Assembly (NCBI GenBank): GCA_964454175.1
Contig: CAYVSA010000004.1
Span: 20,172-32,651, forward strand
Length of the DNA stretch: 12,480 bases
Source: an uncultured Pseudomonadota bacterium
GTDB taxonomy: Bacteria > BMS3Abin14
Reading direction: 5' to 3'
Below the pieces are notes generated by a model that made no database searches, was not told the DNA's origin, and worked only from the letters and a program-made list of their open reading frames with translations. This document shows, in pieces, positions 1 through 7,388 of this stretch (position 1 is the stretch's first letter; every line of letters starts with the position of its first letter). Both the position numbers and the translations under genes were made by a program.

Positions 1-42
1 CAGGTTATCTATATATCTCCAGTATCGATCCCATATCGTAAA

Positions 43-70
43 CATGGGACATGGTTCCTGGATCATGGAA
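43..70. repeat. Degenerate heptamer tandem array (CMTGGNW x4) downstream of infB
   Basis: catggga-catggtt-cctggat-catggaa in exact 7-nt phase. Confidence 0.8.
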
Positions 71-81
71 CGCGATACTTA

Positions 82-2721
82 TCAGTCAAACTCGACTTCC
101 TGCTGGATAATCTCGAAGCTTTCGAGAACATCGCCGATCTTTATGTCGTTGTAATCATCAACTCCAATCCCGCATTCGAACCCGCTGGCGACTTCTTTTA
201 CGTCGTCCTTGAATCGCCTGAGGGACCCTATCTTGCCCTCGAAAATCACTATGCCATCCCTCAGTACCCGCACTTCCGAGTTCCGGCGAATCAACCCATC
301 GTTAACGTGAGAGCCCGCAATAGTGCCAACCTTGGGGACAACAAACGTCTCCCTGACTTCCGCCCGGCCAAGTGTCTCCTCCTTGAAAACGGGAGCGAGC
401 ATGCCCTTCAGGGCGTTTTTAATGTCCTTTTCCAGTTCGTAGATGACATTATAAAACCTTACATCAACGTTTTCCTTCCGGATAACATCCAGGGATTTGT
501 TGTCAGGCCGGACATTAAATCCAATGACGATAGCATGTGAGGCTGAAGCGAGAATGATATCGCCTTCGTTAATCCCGCCCGTTCCCTGGTGAATAACGTT
601 TATCCTGACTTCATCACTGGTTATCCTGTCGAGAACGTCCCTGATGGCACCTGCGGACCCCTGGACATCCGCCTTCAGCACGATGTTGAGATCCTTTAAT
701 TCCCCCTCCTGGATCTTGGCAAACAGATCTTCAAGTGACACGGCCTTTCTGGCGCTGACGGACCTGCCGGCATCAGCTTCTGCCGTCCTGAGCTGGGCAA
801 CTCTTTTCGCTCTCACCTCGTCGGAGAACACAACAAAAGAATCGCCTGCCTCCGGGATACCGTGCAGACCTACTACCTCAGCCGGGATAGAAGGTCCGGC
901 CTCCTCCATTTTCTTGCCCCGGTCATCGTTCATGACCCTCACGCGGCCCATTGAAGTACCAGCCAGGATCAGATCTCCGGTTTTGAGAGTCCCGCTCTGA
1001 ACAAGCACCGTGGCCACTGGACCCCTTCCGCGCTCAAGCCTGGATTCGACCACGATGCCTCTGGCATCTCTGCCCGGATCAGCGGTGAGTTCAAGCATCT
1101 CCGCCTGAAGCATGATCACGTCCAGCAGGTCGTCGATAGCTGTTCCCTTCTTTGCAGATACGTTGACGAACAGGGCATCGCCTCCCCAATCTTCCGGGAC
1201 GACATTTCGCTCAGCCAACTCGCGCTTGACCCTGTCCGGGTCCGCTTCGGGTTTGTCTATCTTGTTGACGGCAACGACTATGGGAACGCCAGCGGCTTTG
1301 GCGTGGTCAATGGCCTCAACAGTCTGGGGCATTACGCCATCGTCAGCTGCAACCACGAGAACAACGATATCCGTCACGCTGGCGCCGCGTGCACGCATAG
1401 CAGTGAAGGCCTCATGGCCAGGCGTGTCCAGAAAGACCATCTCGCCCTTGCTGTGTTTTACCAGGTGAGCGCCAATATGCTGTGTAATTCCTCCAGCCTC
1501 ACCGGAAACAACATCGGTTTCACGGACAGCATCGAGCAGCGAGGTCTTTCCATGATCAACGTGCCCCATGACAGTGATAACGGGAGGGCGCGGCTCCTGA
1601 TTTGCGGCATCTTCCGGCTCCTCCTTCAGAAGGTCCTCAACGGTATCAGACTTCATCTGGACCTCAAAACCCAGTTCGCCCACAATAAGGGAGGCGGTTT
1701 CCGGGTCCACCGTCTGGTTGATCGTGGCCATTATACCCAGTTCAAGGAGGATCTTGATGATCTCAGAGGCTTTTGTGCCAGTCATGCCGGCCAGGTCTCC
1801 AACGGTGAGGCCTGTAGATATCTTGATCGCCCTGGATGGAGGCTTTGGCACCTCCTGCACCGGCGCAGACTCCTGTTTTCTGGCCTTTCTGGCTCTTTTT
1901 CTCGGGATTTCCCTTCTACGTCCAGGCTGGGGGGTCGTAGTGTGTTTGATCTCAACGACCTTTAGTGTCGGCTCATCTTCGGGTGCTCCAGAAGCTTCCT
2001 CCTCGACCAGCTCCATCTCCTCGACCTCTCCGAGGAGATCCTTAACAGTAGGTTTTCTCTCGCGCCTGTGGCCGGTTCTCTTGACTTTCTTCTTTTCAGG
2101 TTCCTGAACCTCTATGGGAATTTCTTTGCCGGGTTCTTTCTTTTCCTTAACTTCTTGAACAGGCTTGGGTTCCTCCTCCGTTTTCTGAACATCCGGACGT
2201 CTTTCCACGACCTTGGCGGTGGGGATCTCGTCGCCTACTCCGCCGATCTTCTTTTCAATAGTAAGTGCTGTGATGTGAAGTTTCTTCTTCGGTTTTTCCG
2301 ATCCCGCCTTTTCCACGGTCTCACCGGAGGTTTCTTCCTCCTCAGGTACAGATCCCACCTCTTCGGCCTGATCAGATCCTGTTTCCGCTGCAGCCTCATC
2401 GGGGGCGGCATCGGCTTCGACAGCCTCTTCTTCTCCCCCTGGTTCCAACTCTGTCTCGGCCTCTTCCAGGGCTTCCTCTTCCACCCTGACCTCGACTTCG
2501 GGCTCACTCTCCCCCTTGCGCACGGAAACGATCCTGCGTGCACTTGAATCTCGCTCGACCGGCTGGCCCACAAGCATGTCGCTCACCATATCTATGAGAC
2601 CTCTGTCAACGCTGCTTGTAATATTCACAACGTCAAATCCCATGCCTTTTAGCTGCACGAACAGATCATCTGGGCTCAGCCCAAACTCTGAAGCGAGTTC
2701 ATCCACCCGAACCTTGCTCAT
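82..2721 (-). CDS. infB: Translation initiation factor IF-2
   Basis: 879-aa ORF with N-terminal IF2_N motif ([12 protein letters not shown]), an acidic/charged linker and a second IF2_N (LTVGDLA...[19 protein letters not shown]). GTPase motifs: [52 protein letters not shown]-terminal [20 protein letters not shown]. The ATG overlaps the upstream stop (ATGA, 2718-2721). Confidence 0.99.
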   Translation of the reverse strand: MSKVRVDELASEFGLSPDDLFVQLKGMGFDVVNITSSVDRGLIDMVSDMLVGQPVERDSSARRIVSVRKGESEPEVEVRVEEEALEEAETELEPGGEEEAVEADAAPDEAAAETGSDQAEEVGSVPEEEETSGETVEKAGSEKPKKKLHITALTIEKKIGGVGDEIPTAKVVERRPDVQKTEEEPKPVQEVKEKKEPGKEIPIEVQEPEKKKVKRTGHRRERKPTVKDLLGEVEEMELVEEEASGAPEDEPTLKVVEIKHTTTPQPGRRREIPRKRARKARKQESAPVQEVPKPPSRAIKISTGLTVGDLAGMTGTKASEIIKILLELGIMATINQTVDPETASLIVGELGFEVQMKSDTVEDLLKEEPEDAANQEPRPPVITVMGHVDHGKTSLLDAVRETDVVSGEAGGITQHIGAHLVKHSKGEMVFLDTPGHEAFTAMRARGASVTDIVVLVVAADDGVMPQTVEAIDHAKAAGVPIVVAVNKIDKPEADPDRVKRELAERNVVPEDWGGDALFVNVSAKKGTAIDDLLDVIMLQAEMLELTADPGRDARGIVVESRLERGRGPVATVLVQSGTLKTGDLILAGTSMGRVRVMNDDRGKKMEEAGPSIPAEVVGLHGIPEAGDSFVVFSDEVRAKRVAQLRTAEADAGRSVSARKAVSLEDLFAKIQEGELKDLNIVLKADVQGSAGAIRDVLDRITSDEVRINVIHQGTGGINEGDIILASASHAIVIGFNVRPDNKSLDVIRKENVDVRFYNVIYELEKDIKNALKGMLAPVFKEETLGRAEVRETFVVPKVGTIAGSHVNDGLIRRNSEVRVLRDGIVIFEGKIGSLRRFKDDVKEVASGFECGIGVDDYNDIKIGDVLESFEIIQQEVEFD

Positions 2722-3323
2722 AACCTACTTTCCTTTCCCGAAGCTACTGCCTTGCAGCGTTTAATGCTTGTGTAAAGAGTGTCCACAAAACCCGTATCTT
2801 CAACCAGGACCACACTCCGCAGGCCCTTGCCGATAGCCTGACCGATGGCCTCCCTGGTTAGAAACTGTTCGATGATTACTCCTGACCCTTCCGCAGCCGA
2901 CTTGATCTTACGGGATGTTTCACCGGATGCGTCCTCTGCAATGAGAACAAGCGCGCCCTTCCGGGGCTTTCTTTTCAGTTCACCCGTCACCAGGTTGGTC
3001 CCCGAAACGATCTTTCCGCTCTTGCGTGCCAGACCCAGCAGTGAAAGGACCCTGTGCTCGAGCGCCCCCTCCAGTATCCGGACCAATTCGGATCCTGACA
3101 CACCCCTGGAGTGAGCAGCTTTAATTTTGGAAGACAGCCGGCCAGCGCCCTTTTCGACGCATCTCCTGTCCGGACACACGTAGCCGCCCCTGCCAGGGAG
3201 CTTGCCCTTGAGATCTGCGATAACGTTCCCGCCTGGATCAGCAACTATCCTTATCATCTCTTTTTTAACGCGTCTGCTGCCGCAGCCTGTGCAGGTGCGA
3301 ACAGGCTCTCCGGAAGAAGACAT
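2718..3323 (-). CDS. ylxRQ: Fused YlxR/RnpM (DUF448) + L7Ae-family (YlxQ-like) RNA-binding protein
   Basis: 201 aa. Residues ~7-85 carry YlxR motifs (PVRTCTGC, MIRIV, PGRGGYVC..RRC; Cys11/14/50/55). Residues ~91-201 carry L7Ae motifs (LSLLGLARKSGKIVSG, LVLIAEDAS, IGQAIGK..RSVV). Canonical position between nusA and infB. Confidence 0.92.
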   Translation of the reverse strand: MSSSGEPVRTCTGCGSRRVKKEMIRIVADPGGNVIADLKGKLPGRGGYVCPDRRCVEKGAGRLSSKIKAAHSRGVSGSELVRILEGALEHRVLSLLGLARKSGKIVSGTNLVTGELKRKPRKGALVLIAEDASGETSRKIKSAAEGSGVIIEQFLTREAIGQAIGKGLRSVVLVEDTGFVDTLYTSIKRCKAVASGKESRL

Positions 3324-3326
3324 CTA

Positions 3327-4790
3327 TTATTCTCCCCTTCCCTCACCGGCTGCATTTTCATCCCCTGGATCATCCGAAGTCTCCGTCCCGCCATCTTCGG
3401 CCCCGTTCTCATCTTCAGCGGTTTCGGCGTCTTCGCTGACCTCCATGCCGTCAGGTGCATCGGGGGATGTCTCCTCAGGCCCTGCTTCCTCGGAGCTAGC
3501 CTCATCGGAGACAGCCTCTTCGGAGACAGCCTCATCTCCGTCATCTTCAGGTATGCCGGCACGGCTCCTCAGTTTTTCCAGAGTCTTGCCGCCCAATCCG
3601 GGAATGGCAAGCAGCTGATCATCCGGCGCAGACGCGATGGAATTGGCATTTTCGAGTCCAGCCTCATGAAGAGCTTCACGTATCCTTGCTGAAACACCGG
3701 CAAACAGATCCTGAGCCGTCTCCTCGGGTGTTCGCGGCCCATCCTTCTCTTCTTCGGTCTGGGTCTCGCTCTTGATGGTTATGTTCCAGTTAGTCAGCCT
3801 CGCCGCCAGACGGACATTCTGCCCGTTTTTTCCAATGGCAAGAGAAAGCTCCTCGTCGGCTACGATAACTTCCATGGATTTTTCCGCTTCGTTGATGATG
3901 ACCCTGGTGACCTGCGCCGGGCTCAGCGCGTTGCTGACAAAGAGTGCCGGGTCCTGAAGCCACGGTATGATGTCGATCCTCTCACCCCTGAGTTCGTTAA
4001 CTACCGACTGGACTCTGGAGCCCTTCACTCCGACACAGGCACCCACAGGATCGACGTTGGAGTCGTGGCTCACCACTGCGACCTTCGAGCGTCCGCCTGG
4101 CTCCCTGGCTGCACTCCTGATCTCAACGATGTTCTCCGCGACTTCAGGTACTTCCAACTCGAAGAGCCGCAACAGGAAATTGATATTGGTCCTCGAAAGA
4201 ATTACCTGGGGACCTTTGGCATTCTGTTTGACATCAAGTATGTAGCACTTGATCCTGTCGCCCTGCTTGTATCGCTCTCGAGGCACCTGTTCCTTTGAGG
4301 GCAGCTCGGCTTCAGTTTTTCCCAGGTCCACGATGATAGAGCCCCTGGAAAATCCATGTACAATACCGTTCACGATCTCTCCAACCCTTCCGGAATAGGA
4401 GTTAAAGATCATCTCCCTTTCGGCCTCGCGCAGTTTCTGTACTATCACCTGTTTCGCCGTTTGGGCAGCTATCCTGCCGAACTCGTTGGCGTCTATCTCT
4501 ATCTCAACCTCATCCCCCGGTATCACTTCGGAATCCAGCTGCCGGGCCTCGAGAAGGGAGATCTCTATTGTGGGATCTTCCACCTGCAGAGTCACCATTT
4601 TACGCTGATAGATCTCGATACGACCTGTCTCCCTGTCGAGCCTCGCGACCATTTCAGTGTTGGACCCATAGACCTTCCTCGCAGCTGTGACCAGTGCGGA
4701 CTCGATGGCCTCTATCAGCGCTTCCTGTTCGATGCCTTTTTCCCGCTCCAACTGGGCAAAAATCATCAATAGTTCCTGGTTGGGTTCCAT
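3327..4790 (-). CDS. nusA: Transcription termination/antitermination factor NusA with a long acidic C-terminal tail
   Basis: 487 aa with EKGIEQEALIEAIESAL, FGRIAAQTAKQVIVQKLREAER, S1 domain, KH motifs (AREPGGRSKVAV, DPVGACVGVKGSRVQSVVNELRGERIDII, LSLAIGKNGQNVRLAARLT) and one HhH-like motif (LLAIPGLGGKTLEKLR). Confidence 0.99.
   Translation of the reverse strand: MEPNQELLMIFAQLEREKGIEQEALIEAIESALVTAARKVYGSNTEMVARLDRETGRIEIYQRKMVTLQVEDPTIEISLLEARQLDSEVIPGDEVEIEIDANEFGRIAAQTAKQVIVQKLREAEREMIFNSYSGRVGEIVNGIVHGFSRGSIIVDLGKTEAELPSKEQVPRERYKQGDRIKCYILDVKQNAKGPQVILSRTNINFLLRLFELEVPEVAENIVEIRSAAREPGGRSKVAVVSHDSNVDPVGACVGVKGSRVQSVVNELRGERIDIIPWLQDPALFVSNALSPAQVTRVIINEAEKSMEVIVADEELSLAIGKNGQNVRLAARLTNWNITIKSETQTEEEKDGPRTPEETAQDLFAGVSARIREALHEAGLENANSIASAPDDQLLAIPGLGGKTLEKLRSRAGIPEDDGDEAVSEEAVSDEASSEEAGPEETSPDAPDGMEVSEDAETAEDENGAEDGGTETSDDPGDENAAGEGRGE
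3483..3536. repeat. 15-bp in-frame tandem repeat in the nusA acidic tail
   Basis: tgcttcctcggagct-agcctcatcggagac-agcctcttcggagac-agcctcatc, encoding DEAVS-EEAVS-DEASS-EEA. Confidence 0.8.
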
Positions 4791-4845
4791 TTTTCTACCT
4801 TTCTGTTCACAACATTTCGGACAATGGCACCTTTAAAGAAAGCAC

Positions 4846-5310
4846 CTAAAAATCGAAGTCAAGCCTGGCTGAGGAAATATCCTCCACAGGCACATCAAGG
4901 TTTATCCCACCTTCAAGGCTTATCTTTACAGTTCCATCCTTCAGCCCCAGAAGAGTCCCTCTTATCTTCTTGCGCCCTGAAACCTTTCTGTAGGTCTTGA
5001 TAAACACTTTTCTTCCTGCAAAGCGTTCAAAGTCTTTATCTTCCTTCAGCGGCCTCGTAAGGCCCGGCGAAGTGACCTCCAGGTTGTACTTAACGGGGAT
5101 GAGGTCCTCCACATCGAGGTTGACGCTCAGTTCCCTGCTCACCCGTGTGCAGTGATCGACGGTCACGCCGCCCTCGCAATCGATGGTGACCCTCAAGATC
5201 CACCTGCCATCCTCATTACCCATGCTGACCCCAACGAGTTCAATTCCCAACTGGTCAGCGATAGGCTGAAGAATGTCCCTGACGGCCGATGTGACCCGGC
5301 GCGTATCCAA
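4846..5310 (-). CDS. rimP: Ribosome maturation factor RimP
   Basis: Motifs LRVTID..GGVTVDHCTRVSRELS..LDVEDLI, YNLEVTSPGLTRPL, DFERFAG. Start moved from the ORF-track 5319 to the in-frame TTG at 5310-5308, because the Shine-Dalgarno GGGAGG (5325-5320) abuts 5319 directly but lies 9 nt from 5310. Confidence 0.95.
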   Translation of the reverse strand: MDTRRVTSAVRDILQPIADQLGIELVGVSMGNEDGRWILRVTIDCEGGVTVDHCTRVSRELSVNLDVEDLIPVKYNLEVTSPGLTRPLKEDKDFERFAGRKVFIKTYRKVSGRKKIRGTLLGLKDGTVKISLEGGINLDVPVEDISSARLDFDF

Positions 5311-5325
5311 GAAAAACAACCTCCC

Positions 5326-5356
5326 AAAAATACAAAAGAGCGGGACGCGCCGCTCT
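5326..5356 (-). terminator. rimP-leader-type hairpin/attenuator (intrinsic terminator-like) in the rimP 5' UTR
   Basis: The minus strand reads AGAGCGG-cgcgtc-CCGCTCT-TTTGTATTTTT: a perfect 7-bp stem (5337-5343/5350-5356), a 6-nt loop and a U-rich tail, directly before the rimP RBS. Position and form match the widespread rimP leader. Confidence 0.75.
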
Positions 5357-5381
5357 CAACAAAAGAACAAAAATCAAGCAT

Positions 5382-5410
5382 TTACTATCATAGCGGATGT
5401 ATTTATGCAA
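5382..5410 (-). promoter_or_regulatory. Candidate sigma70-type promoter for rimP-nusA-ylxRQ-infB
   Basis: The minus strand has TTGCAT (5410-5405), a 17-nt spacer, then TAGTAA (5387-5382) preceded by TGn. An alternative -10, TATGAT, lies at 5392-5387. AT-rich context upstream of the leader hairpin. Confidence 0.45.
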
Positions 5411-5423
5411 GAGGGTATTAAAA

Positions 5424-5458
5424 TCCAAGTCCCAGGACCCAGGACCCATGTCCCAGGT
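5424..5458. repeat. Degenerate heptamer tandem array (CCCAGGW x5)
   Basis: tccaagt-cccagga-cccagga-cccatgt-cccaggt; reverse-complement family of the array at 43-70. Confidence 0.88.
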
Positions 5459-5508
5459 GGATCGGAGTTTCCAGTCTCTGATTTCTGGTAAACTTACCGG
5501 GTTCATGG

Positions 5509-5557
5509 TTGATATGGTCGTAAAAAGCCCATCCGTGACTTTTTACGAGTCTGTCAA
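5509..5557. repeat. 49-bp palindromic REP/MITE-like element, copy 1
   Basis: TTGATATGGTCGTAAAAAG-cccatccgtga-CTTTTTACGAGTCTGTCAA: imperfect 19-bp arms with a perfect inner TCGTAAAAAG/CTTTTTACGA and terminal TTGA/TCAA, flanked by GG on both sides. Confidence 0.75.
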
Positions 5558-5558
5558 G

Positions 5559-5600
5559 GTTCAACGTATCTGGATCGTCGTTCAACATCCAACTTTCAAC
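5559..5600. repeat. Degenerate heptamer tandem array (NTTCAAC family) just downstream of proS
   Basis: gttcaac-gtatctg-gatcgtc-gttcaac-atccaac-tttcaac; four recognisable units in 7-nt phase. Confidence 0.7.
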
Positions 5601-5603
5601 TAT

Positions 5604-7301
5604 CTATACAAGCTGGTCTTTGATAGCCGCTACTATCTCTTCCAGGGGGATTCTTGCCTCCTCGCCGGAGGCCCGATCCTTGAGCTCAACTCTGCCATCA
5701 GCAAGAGCCTTTTTGCCAACGGTGATGCGAAGGGGGATCCCTGTCAGATCTGCGTCGTTGAATTTGACGCCCGGGCGCTCGTCACGGTCGTCGTAGAGCA
5801 CTTCGACGCCGGCAGCAATGAGCATTTCGTATACCCTGTCAGCTGCATCTCTGACAGTCTCGTCAGCAGCGTTTACGGAAACGAGACACACATGAAAAGG
5901 CGCTATGGGTATCGGCCAGATGATCCCGTGATCGTCGTGGTTCTGTTCGATCGAGGCAGCCGCGGTCCTGCCGACACCGATCCCGAAGCAGCCCATTTCG
6001 ATGACTTTCTCATCCCCGTTCTCGTCCAGGAACACCGCCCCCATGGCCTCGCTATACCTGGTTCCCAGATAGAAAATGTGGCCCACCTCGATCCCGCGCA
6101 GGAAGGCAAGCTCGCCGCCGCATCGGGGGCATGGATCTCCCGGCACAGCTTCCCTGAAGTCACCGAATGCCGTCACCTCGAGATCTGCCAGGTTGACATT
6201 GATCATGTGGGTATCCGCTTCGTTTGCCCCCGTAACGAAGTCACACATGCCTGCCACTTCAAAGTCTGCGTAAAGAGTCACGTCAAGCCCTGCCGGGCCG
6301 GCAAAACCAACCGGGGCACCGGTTATCTGCTGGACCACATCCGCTTCGGCAAGTTCGAGAGTTTCATCTCCCGCGACCCTCCTGACCTTCACAGGGTTAA
6401 CCTCCCTGTCACCCCTTACCAGGACCCCGACAGCTCCTCCCTCTCCGGAAAGGATGATAGTTTTGACCAGATCTGCAGGCGTTACTTTCAGGAAGCTGGA
6501 AACCTCTTCAACAGTCTTCATCCCCGGAGTTTTGACCTTTTCAGGAACTTTTCCGCCAGGACTGGCCGGTTCGCCTGTCCTCTCCTTTATCTGTGCCATT
6601 TCCAGGTTTGCGGCATAATCACACGAGGTGCAGCTGACCACACTGTCCTCACCTGTGTCTGCCAGAACCATGAACTCGTGGGAAAGGCTGCCCCCGATCT
6701 TGCCCGTATCGGCCTCGACTGCCCTGAATTTCAGGCCGCAGCGGGTGAAAATTGCGGTGTAGGCCTCAAACATGGTCCTGTAGCTCTCCTCGGCCCCCTC
6801 CTTGCCCCTGTCAAAGGAGTACGCATCCTTCATGGAGAACTCGCGGCCCCTCATCAGGCCGAACCTCGGCCTGATCTCGTCACGGAACTTGGTCTGTATC
6901 TGGTAGAGGTTGATGGGAAGTTGTCGATATGAGCGCACCTCGCGTCTGACCAGATCTGTTATAACCTCTTCGTGTGTGGGTCCGTAGCAGAACTCCCGGT
7001 CATGCCGGTCCTTGAAACGCAACAGTTCCCTGCCGTAGAAATCCCATCGCCCGGTTTCCTGCCAGAGCTCGGCCGGCAGGACGCTGGGCAGAAAAACCTC
7101 CATGGCTCCCGCTCTGTCCATCTCTTCCCTGATTATTGTCTCAACCTTCCTGATCACCCGAAGGCCCAGGGGAAGAATCTCATAAATACCAGCTGCAACA
7201 CGTCGTATCATTCCCGCTCTGAGCATCAGCTTGTGGCTCATGACTTCAGCATCGGCCGGCACTTCTCGCAGGGTCGGCAGAAAATATTTTGAGTATCTCA
7301 T
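5604..7301 (-). CDS. proS: Proline--tRNA ligase (bacterial type with INS editing domain)
   Basis: 565 aa with PTLREVPADAEVMSHKLMLRAGMIR, GPTHEEVIT, YQIQTKFRDEIRPRFGLMRGREFSMKDAYSF, GIEVGHIFYLGTRYS, MGCFGIGVGR and the anticodon-binding domain (VLYDDRDERPGVKFNDADLTGIP). RBS AGGAG at 7311-7307. Confidence 0.99.
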   Translation of the reverse strand: MRYSKYFLPTLREVPADAEVMSHKLMLRAGMIRRVAAGIYEILPLGLRVIRKVETIIREEMDRAGAMEVFLPSVLPAELWQETGRWDFYGRELLRFKDRHDREFCYGPTHEEVITDLVRREVRSYRQLPINLYQIQTKFRDEIRPRFGLMRGREFSMKDAYSFDRGKEGAEESYRTMFEAYTAIFTRCGLKFRAVEADTGKIGGSLSHEFMVLADTGEDSVVSCTSCDYAANLEMAQIKERTGEPASPGGKVPEKVKTPGMKTVEEVSSFLKVTPADLVKTIILSGEGGAVGVLVRGDREVNPVKVRRVAGDETLELAEADVVQQITGAPVGFAGPAGLDVTLYADFEVAGMCDFVTGANEADTHMINVNLADLEVTAFGDFREAVPGDPCPRCGGELAFLRGIEVGHIFYLGTRYSEAMGAVFLDENGDEKVIEMGCFGIGVGRTAAASIEQNHDDHGIIWPIPIAPFHVCLVSVNAADETVRDAADRVYEMLIAAGVEVLYDDRDERPGVKFNDADLTGIPLRITVGKKALADGRVELKDRASGEEARIPLEEIVAAIKDQLV

Positions 7302-7339
7302 TGTCGCTCCTGTGTCGCGGTTGAAAGTTGAAAAAGCGA

Positions 7340-7383
7340 TCGCAAAAAGTCCATCCGTGGCCTTTAACTCCTCGGACTTTTTA
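7340..7383. repeat. Palindromic REP/MITE-like element, copy 2 (degenerate; may act as a weak terminator after ispG)
   Basis: tcgcaaaaagtccatccgtg (7340-7359) is 18/20 identical to tcgtaaaaagcccatccgtg (5518-5537). There is a perfect 9-bp inverted repeat AAAAAGTCC (7344-7352)/GGACTTTTT (7374-7382). Confidence 0.72.
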
Positions 7384-7388
7384 TGGAA

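Noticed and set aside
3321..3329. Read-through fusion of nusA and ylxRQ (same frame)
   Set aside because: The junction is TAA-TAG-ATG; a double stop argues against read-through, and GGGGAG just upstream provides an RBS.
307..4772. Numerous + strand and alternate-frame ORFs of 60-220 aa over infB, ylxRQ and nusA
   Set aside because: They lie within well-supported housekeeping genes and have no recognisable motifs; typical shadow ORFs.
5311..5319. ORF-track start of rimP at 5319
   Set aside because: Zero spacing from the GGGAGG RBS; the TTG at 5310 fits better.
5193..5506. Small ORFs crossing the rimP leader (5193-5381, 5255-5506, 5273-5491) as leader peptides
   Set aside because: They overlap rimP, translate repeat and promoter DNA, and lack a convincing RBS.
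5424..5600. CRISPR array or tRNA in the proS-rimP spacer
   Set aside because: There are no 23-47-bp repeats with unique spacers and no cloverleaf. The gttcaac units only superficially resemble a T-loop or CRISPR repeat end.
5509..7383. Composite transposon carrying proS
   Set aside because: There is no transposase, the element copies differ in length, no outer target duplication is evident, and proS sits in a conserved neighbourhood.
7302..7388. T-box riboswitch upstream of proS
   Set aside because: The spacer is only 87 nt and has no T-box consensus; it is occupied by the repeat element.
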